Positions 11,823 through 22,043 of a stretch of 64,000 nucleotides of DNA are shown piece after piece. Source of the stretch: Candidatus Latescibacterota bacterium (lineage in GTDB: Bacteria; Latescibacterota; UBA2968; UBA8231); the NCBI GenBank assembly GCA_965204725.1, contig OZ242005.1, positions 1,728,001 through 1,792,000 on the forward strand. Direction: 5' to 3'. Under the pieces are notes generated by a model that was not told the origin of the DNA, did not search any database, and saw nothing but the letters and a program-made list of their open reading frames with translations. A program made the translations under genes and the position numbers. The stretch's first letter is position 1, and each line of letters begins with the position of its first letter.

Positions 11823-12362
11823 CTATACCGAGAGCTTCTTTGTTAATTCGGATACGTCGGCTGAGACCGCTTGGGCCAGGCCTTTGAGCATCTTTAAGGA
11901 AAGTGGGGTGTTGCCCTGTAGGAGTTCGAGTACGTCGGGGCGACAAAACACGAGGAGGCTACAAGGTTGGACAGCGTAGGCCGAAGCGGGGCGCGGCGAT
12001 TCGTCTATAAGGGCTTGTTCGCCAAAAAAATCCCCCCGGGTCAAGGTGGCTAGCGGCTTCTCAACCCCATCGTCGCCCATCTGTGCGACCCGCACTTGGC
12101 CGGCGGCGACGATGTACATCCCTATCCCGGGATCCCCTTGGTTGATAATCGTCTCGCGGGCGCGCCAATTCCGTGGCCCGTAGAGCATCTCTTCTATCTT
12201 GTGCAGCTCTCGCCCGCTCAATTCCTGAAAAAGGGGCATTTTCTGCAAGAGCTTGTAGGTGGGGGTCTCTTCCGCCTTGTGACCGCTCCGTACGCGCTCT
12301 TGCAGACCGTGCAGGCGGCGAAAGACCGGCCTCCAGATGGGATTAGACGGCATGGTTAGCAC
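11823..12362 (-). CDS. Stand-alone cyclic nucleotide-binding domain protein
   Basis: QGDPGIGMYIV, GDFFGEQALID-SPRPASA; no HTH. Confidence 0.85.
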   Translation of the reverse strand: MLTMPSNPIWRPVFRRLHGLQERVRSGHKAEETPTYKLLQKMPLFQELSGRELHKIEEMLYGPRNWRARETIINQGDPGIGMYIVAAGQVRVAQMGDDGVEKPLATLTRGDFFGEQALIDESPRPASAYAVQPCSLLVFCRPDVLELLQGNTPLSLKMLKGLAQAVSADVSELTKKLSV

Positions 12363-12405
12363 TCCCGCTCAGACGACCAACGCCCAAACTCGCTCCCCCG
12401 CACGA

Positions 12406-12732
12406 TTAGGCCAATGCGGCCTCCAGCTTTGCGGTGATTTGCCCTTTGGAGACAGCACCAATGATCTGGTCTGCGACTTTGCCCTCTTTGAAGATGAGCA
12501 AGGTGGGAATGCTGCGGATGCCGAATTCGGCCGCTGTTTTCTCGGCGGTGTCGACGTCTAGCTTGCACACTTTGGCCCGGCCTTCGTATTCACCGCTCAA
12601 TTCTTGGACAATCGGCGCAATCATTCGGCACGGACCGCACCACGTCGCCCAGAAATCCACGAGCACGGGCAGGCTCGCTTTGAGAACTTCAGTGCTGAAA
12701 TTGTCATCGGTTAAGACAGTTGGTTCGCTCAC
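12406..12732 (-). CDS. trxA: Thioredoxin
   Basis: WCGPC active site, IRSIPT. Confidence 0.97.
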   Translation of the reverse strand: MSEPTVLTDDNFSTEVLKASLPVLVDFWATWCGPCRMIAPIVQELSGEYEGRAKVCKLDVDTAEKTAAEFGIRSIPTLLIFKEGKVADQIIGAVSKGQITAKLEAALA

Positions 12733-12834
12733 GATAGGTCCTTTGCTTGTTGGTTTATACTTATACTTTTCAACAGGTTACAAACACAATACCTTGTGTT
12801 TCAATTATAGCCTTGACACAACCCATTGTCAAGC

Positions 12835-13875
12835 TTAGCGCTTCCGGCACAACTTGGCCACCAACAGTTCCAAAACCAAGTGCTCTTGGCGTCGCCCCTG
12901 CGATTTTAGACGCCAATCGGCCTCCTTTAAGGCACTCAAACCCGCCCACAGCCAAGCGGTGGAGCGACGCTGGGCCTGCTCTAAATAGCCGGACAAAAAG
13001 AACGGCGCAACTCCCAATTCGGCGGCCATTTTGTCGCGCGGCAACGATTGGCCCCTTAGCCCCTTCGCCTTGAGCAAAAGCTGGAAGTGGCGGGCGACCA
13101 TGACGACGGCGCGGGTCGGCTCTTCTCCCTCGTTGAGCAATTTTCGCATCAACTCTTGCGCTAGCTTGCCCTGCCCTTTGCCGAGGGCATCGGCGAGGTC
13201 GAACACGCTGGCCCCGCGCGTGATGCCAGCGACTTGCTCGACCGCAGCGGCGGTGATCGGCCGGCCCACGCCAGCAAAACTGACCAACTTTTCTATTTCG
13301 CTGACCAGCTCGCGCGGCTTAGCCCCTACGTACTGGCTGAGCAGTTGGATGGCCTCGGGCTCGATCGGTATCCCCTGACGCTTGGCGTACCGCTGTATCC
13401 ACCGCGGAACTTGGTTGTCGTAGGGCGGCCTAAATTCTAGCGCACGTCCCTTGCGCGAGAGCTCGCGAAAGAACTTCCGACGCATATCGACCTTTCGGCC
13501 ACCCACTACCAGCAGCCGACTCGTCTCCACGGGCGTTACAAATACGCGCTCCAAGCCACGGCACTGATCGGCCTCTAGGGCCTCGGCATCGCGCAACACA
13601 ATCAGTCGGCTCTCGGCCATCATGGGATAGGTCTCATAGACTTGGAAAAAATCCAGTATCTCCAAGCGTTCGCGTCCGCGTTCGCTTTTGGCCCTTAGTA
13701 CGTCGAGGTTGAAATCCCGCGTCTGGGCTGGTGCCAAGGCTTCGATCATAGACGCGACCACCGCTTCGCGCTCGTATTCTTCATCGCCGTGTAGCAAATA
13801 AAAGGGCCGAATATCTCCCTTGGAAATTTCGGCCAGCAGCTCTTCGGGACTGAGTCCTTTCGCTCTCTTAGCCAC
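12835..13875 (-). CDS. holA: DNA polymerase III delta subunit
   Basis: YLLHGDEEY, PMMAESRLIVL, SEIEKL, VFDLADAL; typical length. Confidence 0.9.
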   Translation of the reverse strand: MAKRAKGLSPEELLAEISKGDIRPFYLLHGDEEYEREAVVASMIEALAPAQTRDFNLDVLRAKSERGRERLEILDFFQVYETYPMMAESRLIVLRDAEALEADQCRGLERVFVTPVETSRLLVVGGRKVDMRRKFFRELSRKGRALEFRPPYDNQVPRWIQRYAKRQGIPIEPEAIQLLSQYVGAKPRELVSEIEKLVSFAGVGRPITAAAVEQVAGITRGASVFDLADALGKGQGKLAQELMRKLLNEGEEPTRAVVMVARHFQLLLKAKGLRGQSLPRDKMAAELGVAPFFLSGYLEQAQRRSTAWLWAGLSALKEADWRLKSQGRRQEHLVLELLVAKLCRKR

Positions 13876-14059
13876 GATCTTTCCGTTCTACCTCCTCTTC
13901 ATCCAATATGCTGTACTCGGCCTCGGCGACTCGGCTCGGATCAATACCATCGCGCTTGTTGGACGCGCCGCGGCTAGAATCGCCCCTTAGCTGCCGATAC
14001 GCGGCGAAACACAGCAACGAGATCAGCAATATAAACAACATGAACAACATGAATTTCAT
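13868..14059 (-). CDS. Small single-TM hypothetical protein
   Basis: Hydrophobic N-terminus, AGGGA RBS, overlaps the holA start. Confidence 0.65.
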   Translation of the reverse strand: MKFMLFMLFILLISLLCFAAYRQLRGDSSRGASNKRDGIDPSRVAEAEYSILDEEEVERKDRG

Positions 14060-14103
14060 GGTTTATTCGTCCCTTCTTTTTGCACTAGGCTAGAATTTAA
14101 CGC

Positions 14104-14136
14104 AAAAAGCTCCCCCTGTTACCTACCGGGGGAGCT
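14104..14136 (-). terminator. Rho-independent terminator
   Basis: AGCTCCCCC...GGGGGAGCT stem + U5 on the - strand. Confidence 0.7.
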
Positions 14137-14172
14137 CTACGTAGTGCAAGTGCAGCAGGCGGCGGGCCTCAA

Positions 14173-14628
14173 CTATTTTTCGGCTTGCCACTTGAGCGGG
14201 AAGGGTTCGGTCTTACCGGCATCCTCCCATATTTTCTTTAAGTTGGTGTACACGGTGACAAATTCTTCTTCGACGACCGCAATGCTCTTTTGGGCGTTGG
14301 GCACAAACGTCGGGAAGTCCGGCTCAACTAGCTTGCGCATCGCCGCCTTCAAGCCCCGCTTCATTTTGTTGTTCAAGGCCCGGAGATACTTGTCCTCCAG
14401 CTCGATCTTCTCCAGCTCGTCGAGCAAGGTCTGCATGACCTTTTCGACGTCGTTGGCCTGAGAGGTCATACCCTCGGTCGTTAGGTACACCTGATAGCGC
14501 ATTAGCTGCTGGCTGTGGCGATCCAAGTCCTGCAAGGTTTGGATATAAGGGGTTAGTTCGTCTTTCTTGGCACCTCCGCAGGCCGCAAGCCCGCTGACGA
14601 GCGCGAATAGGATTAGATTTTTGTGCAT
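14173..14628 (-). CDS. Hypothetical helical lipoprotein
   Basis: Signal peptide with lipobox LAAC; GGAGG RBS. Confidence 0.75.
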   Translation of the reverse strand: MHKNLILFALVSGLAACGGAKKDELTPYIQTLQDLDRHSQQLMRYQVYLTTEGMTSQANDVEKVMQTLLDELEKIELEDKYLRALNNKMKRGLKAAMRKLVEPDFPTFVPNAQKSIAVVEEEFVTVYTNLKKIWEDAGKTEPFPLKWQAEK

Positions 14629-14674
14629 TGGTTCCTCCATTTCCCCAAGGCATTACCACGCTACAGGCCCCAAC

Positions 14675-15535
14675 CTAACAATCTGTCGGGGGCGCGTCAA
14701 ATGTATGGCGGCGGCGATAGAGCACCGCGTTCAACTCGCCGCCCAACAGTAGGGTAAAAGCGAGCAAATACGTGGACAGCAAGAGGATGATGGCGGTCCC
14801 GAGCACGCCATGGATGATGTTGTAATAGCTGAATCGCTCGATATAATCCAAGGCCGAGGCAATGACCCCGGCCAGCCCAGAACACACCACACTACCCGGC
14901 AATACGTCCAACCAACGCAGACGCCCGGCGGGCATGATGCAGTAAATACAAGTGGTCGTAGCGATCATGCCCACCACGACCACCGCCTGCCTCAACAAGG
15001 CCACCAACGGAGAAAAATGGGAGGAGAGCCAATAGTCCCGCAGCCAACGCTCGACGTGTTCGCCGAATACGATGAGGTTAAAGAAAAAAACGAAAGAAAT
15101 CCCCAAGACCACGACTAAGGCCAGCGAGAGAATGCGCCGCTTGTAAAAGGACCGATGCTCTTGGACGCCGTACGCTCGGTTGAGCGCTATCATCGTAGTG
15201 GACATGCTGGCCGACGCCGGCCAGATGACGCCCAAGAACCCGATGACGAACAAACTTTGCGACGAGAGAAAGTTGATGTTGCTTTCGATGACCTCTAGCA
15301 GCGGGACGGGGATGACAATGCCCAAAATTGCGAGGACTTGGATGAAATCCTCGGGCGATATGCCCAAGATGCCCAATAAGGGCGTCAGGACGAGAATGCC
15401 CGGGAAAATGGCAAATATAAAGTCAAAGGCCATGGCGGCGGCCGCGGTCGTGCAATCGTGGCGGTACGTCGCCACCACGGCATCGCGGCCGACCGCCAAA
15501 TAGAAGGCGATCCGGCCTCTAAGCCCGCTTCTCAC
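14675..15535 (-). CDS. YihY/virulence factor BrkB family membrane protein
   Basis: AAAMAF..IFAIFP, ALNRAY, LLLGGELN; GTG start overlapping the upstream stop. Confidence 0.85.
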   Translation of the reverse strand: MRSGLRGRIAFYLAVGRDAVVATYRHDCTTAAAAMAFDFIFAIFPGILVLTPLLGILGISPEDFIQVLAILGIVIPVPLLEVIESNINFLSSQSLFVIGFLGVIWPASASMSTTMIALNRAYGVQEHRSFYKRRILSLALVVVLGISFVFFFNLIVFGEHVERWLRDYWLSSHFSPLVALLRQAVVVVGMIATTTCIYCIMPAGRLRWLDVLPGSVVCSGLAGVIASALDYIERFSYYNIIHGVLGTAIILLLSTYLLAFTLLLGGELNAVLYRRRHTFDAPPTDC

Positions 15536-16308
15536 TGCGGCCGCCCCAGATACTCCATGATGGACGCAAAGAGATGACCGTTGGACGAGAAGGCGTCTTG
15601 GCCGTATATCGTCGGCGCCCCTCGCCAATCGGTAAAGGTGCCTCCGGCTTCCTGCAAAATCGGCAGCAACGGCCCGCAATCCCACGGATTCATAATGGGG
15701 TCAAAGCTGGCCTCAGCCCGGCCCGTGGCCACGAGTATATGGCCGTAACAATCGCCCCACCCCCGGTGTAGTCGAGTGCTGGCGACTAGCTGCCGCCACC
15801 CCGGCTCGCGGCCCTGTTCGGCAAAGCTCGGCCACGACGTATAGCAAATACAGGCCTGACCCAACTCGGCTACGGCCGACACCCTAGCCCGCCGGCCATT
15901 CCACCAACAGCCCTCGCCCCGAGCGGCCCATACCATCTCGTCAAGGGCCGGCATATAGCAACAGCCTACGTCAACGCCATCGGGGCCTTCCCGCGCGATG
16001 AGCACTCCGTAGAGCGGCACCCCTTGGACAAACGATTGCGTACCGTCTATGGGGTCGATAATCCAGCGCACGCCGGAACTTCCCTCGATCTGGCCAAATT
16101 CTTCGCCGACAATCCCATCGTCGGGATAGGCTTTGGCCAGCAAGTCCCGTATCTTGGCTTCGGCTTCGCGGTCGGCGACGGTCACCGGCGAGCGGTCTTC
16201 CTTCCACTCGGCGTGGATGCCCGACTGGAAATAGCGCAAGGTGATCTTGCCCGCTTGCCAGGCCGCCTCTACGGCAAAATCCGCACAGTTCCGCAGCCGA
16301 GTACTCAA
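15532..16308 (-). CDS. Inositol monophosphatase family protein (HisN-like histidinol-phosphatase)
   Basis: SPVTVADREAE, WIIDPIDGT, WDCGP, EAGG. Confidence 0.88.
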   Translation of the reverse strand: MSTRLRNCADFAVEAAWQAGKITLRYFQSGIHAEWKEDRSPVTVADREAEAKIRDLLAKAYPDDGIVGEEFGQIEGSSGVRWIIDPIDGTQSFVQGVPLYGVLIAREGPDGVDVGCCYMPALDEMVWAARGEGCWWNGRRARVSAVAELGQACICYTSWPSFAEQGREPGWRQLVASTRLHRGWGDCYGHILVATGRAEASFDPIMNPWDCGPLLPILQEAGGTFTDWRGAPTIYGQDAFSSNGHLFASIMEYLGRPQ

Positions 16309-17138
16309 CCCAAAATCTCGCGGCGCAGGTCGGTGAGTAATTGTAGGGCCGCGCGGATGTCTCCGACTTGGTCCGGGGAAAATTCGCGCTCAATGGTCAG
16401 CGGCCCCTCGTATCCCAGATCCCGCAATTTCAAGAGGAAGGCCCGGATATCGACATCGCCTTGGCCAAGCGGCGCGTCCTCAGACCACGGCTGACCCGGG
16501 CGACGCTCAATTGCGGCGTCTTTGCAGTGGACGCTGCGGACAAAGCGCCCCACCCGATCTAAGGCCTCTAGCGGCGGACCGGCTTGGTAGAGGATCATAT
16601 TGGCTGGATCGAAATTGACTGCGAGGTTTTCGCGGTCCACGGCTCCGATAAAAGCGAGTAGTTCGTCGGCGGTCTCTTGCCCGGTTTCTAAGTGAAAGTA
16701 CTGGCCGTGCCCCCGGCAGTGATCGCACACGGTGCGCGCAACTTCAACGACCGCGGCAAAATCTGGAGCCGACGCCTCCGGCACAAAGCCTAAGTGCATG
16801 CCGACCGCATCTACTCCCAGCACCGCGGCAAAGTCCGCGATGGCCAAGGTCTCTTCGAGCCGACGCGCGCGGCGATCCAAAGGCACCAGCCCGACCGTTT
16901 GCTGGGTGGTTTCCGGCGTGGTGTAATCCTCGTCGGAAAAACCGGCGAAAACCACGCTGATTTCGATCCCAGCCGCGGCGAACTGGTCCTTGATTGCCGC
17001 GGTTTTCTCGGCCGTGCGAAAAGCGCGGCCCGGGGCATGTAGATGCACGGTGGCAACCCCTAACTCCTTCACCGAATCCAAGCCAGCCCCCAAGCCCTCG
17101 TCAATTGAGGTGAATATACCCGTTGCCCATGTGTCCAT
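16305..17138 (-). CDS. Sugar phosphate isomerase/epimerase (TIM barrel)
   Basis: LETGQE, NFDPAN, VHCKD, LTIERE. Confidence 0.85.
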   Translation of the reverse strand: MDTWATGIFTSIDEGLGAGLDSVKELGVATVHLHAPGRAFRTAEKTAAIKDQFAAAGIEISVVFAGFSDEDYTTPETTQQTVGLVPLDRRARRLEETLAIADFAAVLGVDAVGMHLGFVPEASAPDFAAVVEVARTVCDHCRGHGQYFHLETGQETADELLAFIGAVDRENLAVNFDPANMILYQAGPPLEALDRVGRFVRSVHCKDAAIERRPGQPWSEDAPLGQGDVDIRAFLLKLRDLGYEGPLTIEREFSPDQVGDIRAALQLLTDLRREILG

Positions 17139-17165
17139 TTTGGTTCTCTCCGTTTGTGGTTGCAG

Positions 17166-17200
17166 AAAAAAAGAGGGGACAGCCAAGCCATCCCCTCTCT
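17166..17200 (-). terminator. Rho-independent terminator
   Basis: AGAGGGGA...TCCCCTCT stem + U7 on the - strand. Confidence 0.7.
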
Positions 17201-17218
17201 GATAAATCCACGCGCCGC

Positions 17219-17374
17219 TTACCTCCTCGCACTCCCTTCCTTTTCGTCGCGCCGCGTTCCCTCGGCCTGGGCAGCGTCTAAAATAGCCCGCACCCGCTGG
17301 CGAAAATTTTTGATCTGGTTGTCAACTTCATCTATGGAATTCAGCAGATCCTCCTCAACCGCATCTTCTGGCAT
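17219..17374 (-). CDS. Small hypothetical protein (51 aa, below ORF-track cutoff)
   Basis: MPEDAVEEDLLNSIDEVDNQIKNFRQRVRAILDAAQAEGTRRDEKEGSARR; CAGGAG RBS; followed by a terminator. Confidence 0.6.
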   Translation of the reverse strand: MPEDAVEEDLLNSIDEVDNQIKNFRQRVRAILDAAQAEGTRRDEKEGSARR

Positions 17375-17430
17375 GATGTACTCCTGCGACTTTTGGGGAG
17401 CAGGGGAGCCGTTGGTGTTGGGGGTCGTTT

Positions 17431-18291
17431 TTAAGCGCGGCTATAGGTGCGCAGCCGATCGCAGCGGCTGGGGTGCCGCAAGCGGTGCAGTGCTTTCTCC
17501 TTGATTTGCCGAACTCGCTCGCGCGTAAGCCCAAAGCGCATACCGATCTGGTCCAAGGTCATAGGCTCTTCTCCATTCAGCCCAAAGTAGAGGCGAAGAA
17601 TTTCGGCCTCGCGCCCGGTGAGCCGACTCAGAGCCGAGTCAATCTGCCCGCGCAGACAGCCGCGTATCACTTGGTTTTCGGGGGATTCTTGGCGCTCGTC
17701 TGGCAGCACGTCGAGCAGGCTGTGGTCCTCTTCGCCGAGAAAGGCTGCGTCGAGCGACCGCATCGAACGGCCGCACAGCAAGGTCTCTTTGACCTCTTCA
17801 ACCGGAACATCGAGTTGCTCGGCAATGGCTTCTGGGTGGGGGTCGCCCGTGCGCTCTTGCTGCAATATGCGGGACGCCTTGGATATCTTGTAGAGCAAGC
17901 CGACTTTATTCAGGGGCAGGCGAACTGTGCGCGACTGCTCGGCCAGCGTCTGTAGGATCGCTTGGCGGATCCACCAAACCGCATAGGAAATGAATTTGAA
18001 CCCCTTGTCTTCGTCGAAACGCTCGGCCGCCGTGATCAAGCCCACGTTGCCGGCACCGACTAAATCGGCGAAGGGGACGCCGCGATTTTGGTATTCCTTG
18101 GCCACGCTGACCACAAAGCGCAAATTCGCTTCGACTAATTTATTGCGAGCCTGCTCATCCCCTTGCTTAATTTTTCGCGCCAGATTGACCTCGTCGGCCG
18201 GGGAGAGCGGCTTGGAATGAGCAATTTCGGCCAGATAACTCCCGAGGCAATCTTCCATGTCCCAAAATGGAGCTTTAGTCATCCCCGCCAT
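17431..18291 (-). CDS. Sigma-70 family factor, RpoD/SigA-like without region 1.1
   Basis: LVEANLRFVVSVAK, FKFISYAVWWIRQ, LTRERVRQI. Confidence 0.93.
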   Translation of the reverse strand: MAGMTKAPFWDMEDCLGSYLAEIAHSKPLSPADEVNLARKIKQGDEQARNKLVEANLRFVVSVAKEYQNRGVPFADLVGAGNVGLITAAERFDEDKGFKFISYAVWWIRQAILQTLAEQSRTVRLPLNKVGLLYKISKASRILQQERTGDPHPEAIAEQLDVPVEEVKETLLCGRSMRSLDAAFLGEEDHSLLDVLPDERQESPENQVIRGCLRGQIDSALSRLTGREAEILRLYFGLNGEEPMTLDQIGMRFGLTRERVRQIKEKALHRLRHPSRCDRLRTYSRA

Positions 18292-18412
18292 GGAACCATC
18301 CTCTTCGTTTAGAGTGGGGAGGAAAAGGAAAGCTACACGTGCTTTGAACTGAACTAAAGATGCGTATAACTTAGCCGGGGTCACAACCCCTGTCAAGCAA
18401 TTTCTCCCGCCC

Positions 18413-19129
18413 CTAAGCCTCCGTAAGTGCGCTTAAAACAGACTGTTGCACGGCCAATAGGCGTTCTATGCCTATCGCTGCCAAGTCGAGCAACTCAATC
18501 GCTTGGGTGCGGGTAAAGGGACGCCCTTCGGCCGTGCCTTGGACTTCGACGATGCCCCCCGAGCCGGTCATAACGACGTTCATATCGGTTTCGGCGCGGC
18601 TATCTTCCTCGTAGCACAGATCCAATAGGGGCTGCTCCCCTATGATCCCGACGCTAATGGCCGCGACTTGATCTACGAGCACATCATCGCCTTGGAGCGT
18701 CTGCAACGCCTCTACTAAAGCCACGTAAGCCCCTGTTATTGCGGCCGTGCGCGTTCCACCATCGGCCTGTATGACATCGCAATCGACATACAGCGTGCGC
18801 TCGCCGATTTGCTCCAAATTCACTATCGCACGCAACGAGCGGCCGATCAGGCGTTGAATCTCCCGCGCCCGGCTAGTGGACTCACGGGCTACTCGGCGCA
18901 CAGAGGAGCCCGGCAGCATGCTGTACTCAGCGGTCAGCCACCCCTTGCCGGTCCCCGCCAGAAAGGGCGGTACTCCATCGACGGGCGACACCGTGCAGAG
19001 CACCTTTGTATCGCCCATTTCGATCAGGGCCGATCCAGCGGCCGTTTTCAGGTATTTCGGAGCGATCTGCACCGGCCGCAGTTGATCAGGGCGGCGTCCA
19101 TCGCCGCGCTTCGAGCGGGTCTCACGCAT
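18413..19129 (-). CDS. rph: Ribonuclease PH
   Basis: [43 protein letters not shown]. Confidence 0.96.
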   Translation of the reverse strand: MRETRSKRGDGRRPDQLRPVQIAPKYLKTAAGSALIEMGDTKVLCTVSPVDGVPPFLAGTGKGWLTAEYSMLPGSSVRRVARESTSRAREIQRLIGRSLRAIVNLEQIGERTLYVDCDVIQADGGTRTAAITGAYVALVEALQTLQGDDVLVDQVAAISVGIIGEQPLLDLCYEEDSRAETDMNVVMTGSGGIVEVQGTAEGRPFTRTQAIELLDLAAIGIERLLAVQQSVLSALTEA

Positions 19130-19946
19130 TGATATAAGGCCGATAATCAAGGCCATCCATGGGGATGGGTTGGCACATCTCTACTAGGCGCGAGTAGATG
19201 CGGCCCTCGGCGAGGTCCTTGAGTTCGTCGAGAGGGTGATTCGTGGTAATGACCGTGAACCGCTGGTCGCCATAGCGAGTATCTAAGAGATCGTAGAACA
19301 TTTCCTCTTCCCAATCGGTCCTCTGCTGGACTTCAAAATCGTCTATGACCAGATAAGGCATATTGCACAGTTCTTCAAAAATTGGCCAAATGCGGCCACG
19401 GTGCTCGCTGTCGGGTGAAAAGGTGTCGCGCAACCTGTAGTACATGCGCCGCAAACTGAGGAAGCGGCCCGGTTTGGTCCAGCGCAACATGAGTTCGTTG
19501 AGTGCAATACAGCTCATCAAGGTCTTGCCCGTGCCGGGATTTCCGTAGAGAAGATAGCCCCGCTCAGGCTCTTCGGCTGAGTCGATCAGATCTTGGTGAA
19601 TGCGGAGATAGACTGTATTCGCTAGGTCAATGGGCGTCCCGTCTGGTGCCGCCATGCGGAAGTCGTCAACGAACTTCCACTTGAAGCGCTCGGGGATCTC
19701 GGCTTGGCGAAATAAGCGGTTGGTTTCCGCAATTTTTTGGCGATAGGGACGGCAGGGACACCACTGGTTGCGCGAATCGTCGTCCCAGTACTGGTACGGC
19801 ACCCGCCCCCCACAGCGGCACTCGACGCACTCGCAAAGCCGGAGCGTACCATAGCGGCCCACCTCGACTATTGGGTCGTAGTACAGGCCGCCACTACCGC
19901 ATTTAGAACAGCGCGGCACTTCCCGGCTGGGTGCAGGTAAACTCAT
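19122..19946 (-). CDS. DnaC/IstB-like AAA+ ATPase with Cys-rich N-terminus
   Basis: [23 protein letters not shown]; CxxC/CxC clusters. Confidence 0.85.
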   Translation of the reverse strand: MSLPAPSREVPRCSKCGSGGLYYDPIVEVGRYGTLRLCECVECRCGGRVPYQYWDDDSRNQWCPCRPYRQKIAETNRLFRQAEIPERFKWKFVDDFRMAAPDGTPIDLANTVYLRIHQDLIDSAEEPERGYLLYGNPGTGKTLMSCIALNELMLRWTKPGRFLSLRRMYYRLRDTFSPDSEHRGRIWPIFEELCNMPYLVIDDFEVQQRTDWEEEMFYDLLDTRYGDQRFTVITTNHPLDELKDLAEGRIYSRLVEMCQPIPMDGLDYRPYINA

Positions 19947-20422
19947 CGGTGTCGCTCCTTGAGGGCCCGGTCGACGTCGCGGTCGGCTTGGCGTTGGGCC
20001 AACGCTTGGCGTTTGTCGAACTGCCTCTTGCCGCGGACCAGTGCCAACTCCACCTTCGCTCGGCCGCGCTTAAAGTAAATTTTCAGCGGCACCAAAGTAA
20101 GGCCCTGCTGTTGCGTCCTCCCGGTCAGCCGGCGGATTTCGCTGCGGTGCAAGAGCAATTTGCGTACGCGCTCTGGGTCGTGATTGAAATTGTTGCCGCG
20201 CTCGTACTGGGCAATGTGGACATTGTGCAGAAAAATTTCGCCCCGCTCAACTAAGGCGAAACTGTCCTTGAGGTTGGCGCGGCCGGCGCGCAGCGATTTG
20301 ACTTCCGTGCCCCGCAAGACAATGCCGGTCTCATAGCGGCCCATCACCTCGTAATCGTGCCGGGCTTTGCGGTTTTGTACGGCGATGAACTCGCGCTTGG
20401 CACCGTTTTCCGTTTTGGCCAT
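19943..20422 (-). CDS. smpB: SsrA-binding protein
   Basis: [30 protein letters not shown]. Confidence 0.97.
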   Translation of the reverse strand: MAKTENGAKREFIAVQNRKARHDYEVMGRYETGIVLRGTEVKSLRAGRANLKDSFALVERGEIFLHNVHIAQYERGNNFNHDPERVRKLLLHRSEIRRLTGRTQQQGLTLVPLKIYFKRGRAKVELALVRGKRQFDKRQALAQRQADRDVDRALKERHR

Positions 20423-20452
20423 AACTCGCCTGTTCCTACGAAGAGAGCAGGC

Positions 20453-20481
20453 TTGACGGCTACAAGCCCGCCGCTTAGTTT
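20453..20481 (+). promoter_or_regulatory. Sigma-70 promoter of tRNA-Leu
   Basis: TTGACG - 17 bp - TAGTTT. Confidence 0.55.
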
Positions 20482-20494
20482 GTGCTATGCACTG

Positions 20495-20581
20495 GCCGAA
20501 GTGGCGAAATTGGTAGACGCGCATGGTTCAGGACCATGTGGGGGCAACCCCGTGGAGGTTCGAGTCCTCTCTTCGGCACCA
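20495..20581 (+). tRNA. tRNA-Leu(CAG)
   Basis: GCCGAAG/CTTCGGC acceptor stem, CATGG-TTCAGGA-CCATG anticodon arm, long variable arm, GGTTCGAGTCC, encoded CCA. Confidence 0.96.
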
Positions 20582-20703
20582 CTTTTCGCTTCTCACTCCC
20601 TGACTGATTTAATCTACACGCCTCGTTCCAACCCGCGCAAGGGACTGCCTGCACCCGCAGCAGCCCTTTTCTTCCTTATTATATACCTATAACCTGCGAA
20701 AGG

Positions 20704-21087
20704 ATGTCCATGGCTCGCTTCCTGCACACCCGCATCCGCGTCGGCGATCTCGAGCGCTCTATTGAGTGGTATTGTACTCACCTCGGCTTTGAGGTCCAGA
20801 GCCGTTCCGCTAAATCGCCTGCTGGCAACCAAATCGTCCATCTCGAACTGCCCGGCAATGAGCACACCCTAGAGCTGACCTACTCCGCCGACTACCAGCT
20901 TGCGGTCCCCGAAGACCTCATGCACCTCGCTATTGCGGTCCCCGACTTGATCGGCTTTTGCGACGCTTTGGAAAACAACGGGATCGAAATATGGCCGAGC
21001 GATTGGCGCACGACGTTTCCCACCGGCCGCAAGATGGCCTTTATCGACGACCCCGATGGCTACGAGATAGAGCTGCTCGAATGTTAA
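20704..21087 (+). CDS. VOC/glyoxalase family protein
   Basis: LHTRIRVGDLERSI, HLAIAV, DPDGYEIEL. Confidence 0.9.
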   Translation: MSMARFLHTRIRVGDLERSIEWYCTHLGFEVQSRSAKSPAGNQIVHLELPGNEHTLELTYSADYQLAVPEDLMHLAIAVPDLIGFCDALENNGIEIWPSDWRTTFPTGRKMAFIDDPDGYEIELLEC

Positions 21088-21139
21088 GGTTGATTTAACG
21101 TTCCCGCGCTAAAGGGCCGCTGTGGTCGAGGAAAGGAAC

Positions 21140-21213
21140 TACCCCCGGGCGGATTCGAACCGCCGACCCACAGATTAGGAATCTGTTGCTCTATCCTGCT
21201 GAGCTACGGGGGT
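21140..21213 (-). tRNA. tRNA-Arg(CCT)
   Basis: ACCCCCG/CGGGGGT acceptor, ACAGA-TTCCTAA-TCTGT anticodon arm, GGTTCGAATCC; CCA not encoded. Confidence 0.95.
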
Positions 21214-21385
21214 TAGAGGAGGGATGTTGGTTGTTCATATTATATTGCGAGAGATTCAAAGTCAAATGCTCGGGTTTTTATCGCATCTGTTGACACCAAA
21301 TTAAACTGGCCTAATTTACAAGACTGTTTGGCCAAAAAATCTAAGGCAAGGCCGGCTTTTTACAACCTCAGCTAAACTAAAAAAT

Positions 21386-22042
21386 ATGGCTCAAGTATTC
21401 TCGCGCAGCGCCAACTGGGCTTCTAAGGCCAGCATCCTCGTCGGCCTCGTCCTAGTCGGAAGTATCCTCGGTATCGTCCTCAACATCAATCGCATTTACT
21501 TCGTCAACCAAGTCAACGTGGCCATTGATCAGCCCGTTCCCTTCAGCCACAAACACCACGTCACCGGCATGGGGATCGACTGCCGCTATTGCCATACAAC
21601 CGTCGAGGAAAGTGCTTTTGCCGGCATTCCCCCGACCGAAACCTGCATGACCTGCCACTCGCAGATCTGGACCGAAGCCCCCATCCTCGAACCCGTGCGG
21701 GCTAGCTTCCGCGACGGCGTCCCCATCGAGTGGAATCGCGTCCACGACTTGCCCGACTTCACTTATTTCAACCACAGCATCCACGTCAACCAAGGCATTG
21801 GCTGCCAGTCCTGCCACGGCCCAGTCGATCAAATGCCCCTGATGTGGAAAGCCGAATCCCTGAATATGGAGTGGTGTCTCGATTGCCACCGCGATCCCGC
21901 CCAGTACATCCGCCCACGCGACCAAGTCTTTAACATGAACTACCAATATCCAGCCGACCAAGAAAGCTTGGGGGCGCAACTCGTCGCCGAATACGGCGTG
22001 CAGACCAGCCAACTCACCAACTGCTCTATCTGCCACCGCTAA
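21386..22042 (+). CDS. actA: Alternative complex III pentaheme cytochrome c subunit
   Basis: Five CxxCH motifs, QPVPFSHKHH, N-terminal TM. Confidence 0.93.
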   Translation: MAQVFSRSANWASKASILVGLVLVGSILGIVLNINRIYFVNQVNVAIDQPVPFSHKHHVTGMGIDCRYCHTTVEESAFAGIPPTETCMTCHSQIWTEAPILEPVRASFRDGVPIEWNRVHDLPDFTYFNHSIHVNQGIGCQSCHGPVDQMPLMWKAESLNMEWCLDCHRDPAQYIRPRDQVFNMNYQYPADQESLGAQLVAEYGVQTSQLTNCSICHR

Positions 22043-22043
22043 T

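Noticed and set aside
19122-19946. IS21 element (IstB)
   Set aside because: No IstA transposase or terminal inverted repeats; the gene overlaps housekeeping neighbours.
20423-21385. tmRNA next to smpB
   Set aside because: Only tRNA-Leu, a VOC gene and tRNA-Arg are recognisable; no ssrA termini or tag frame seen.
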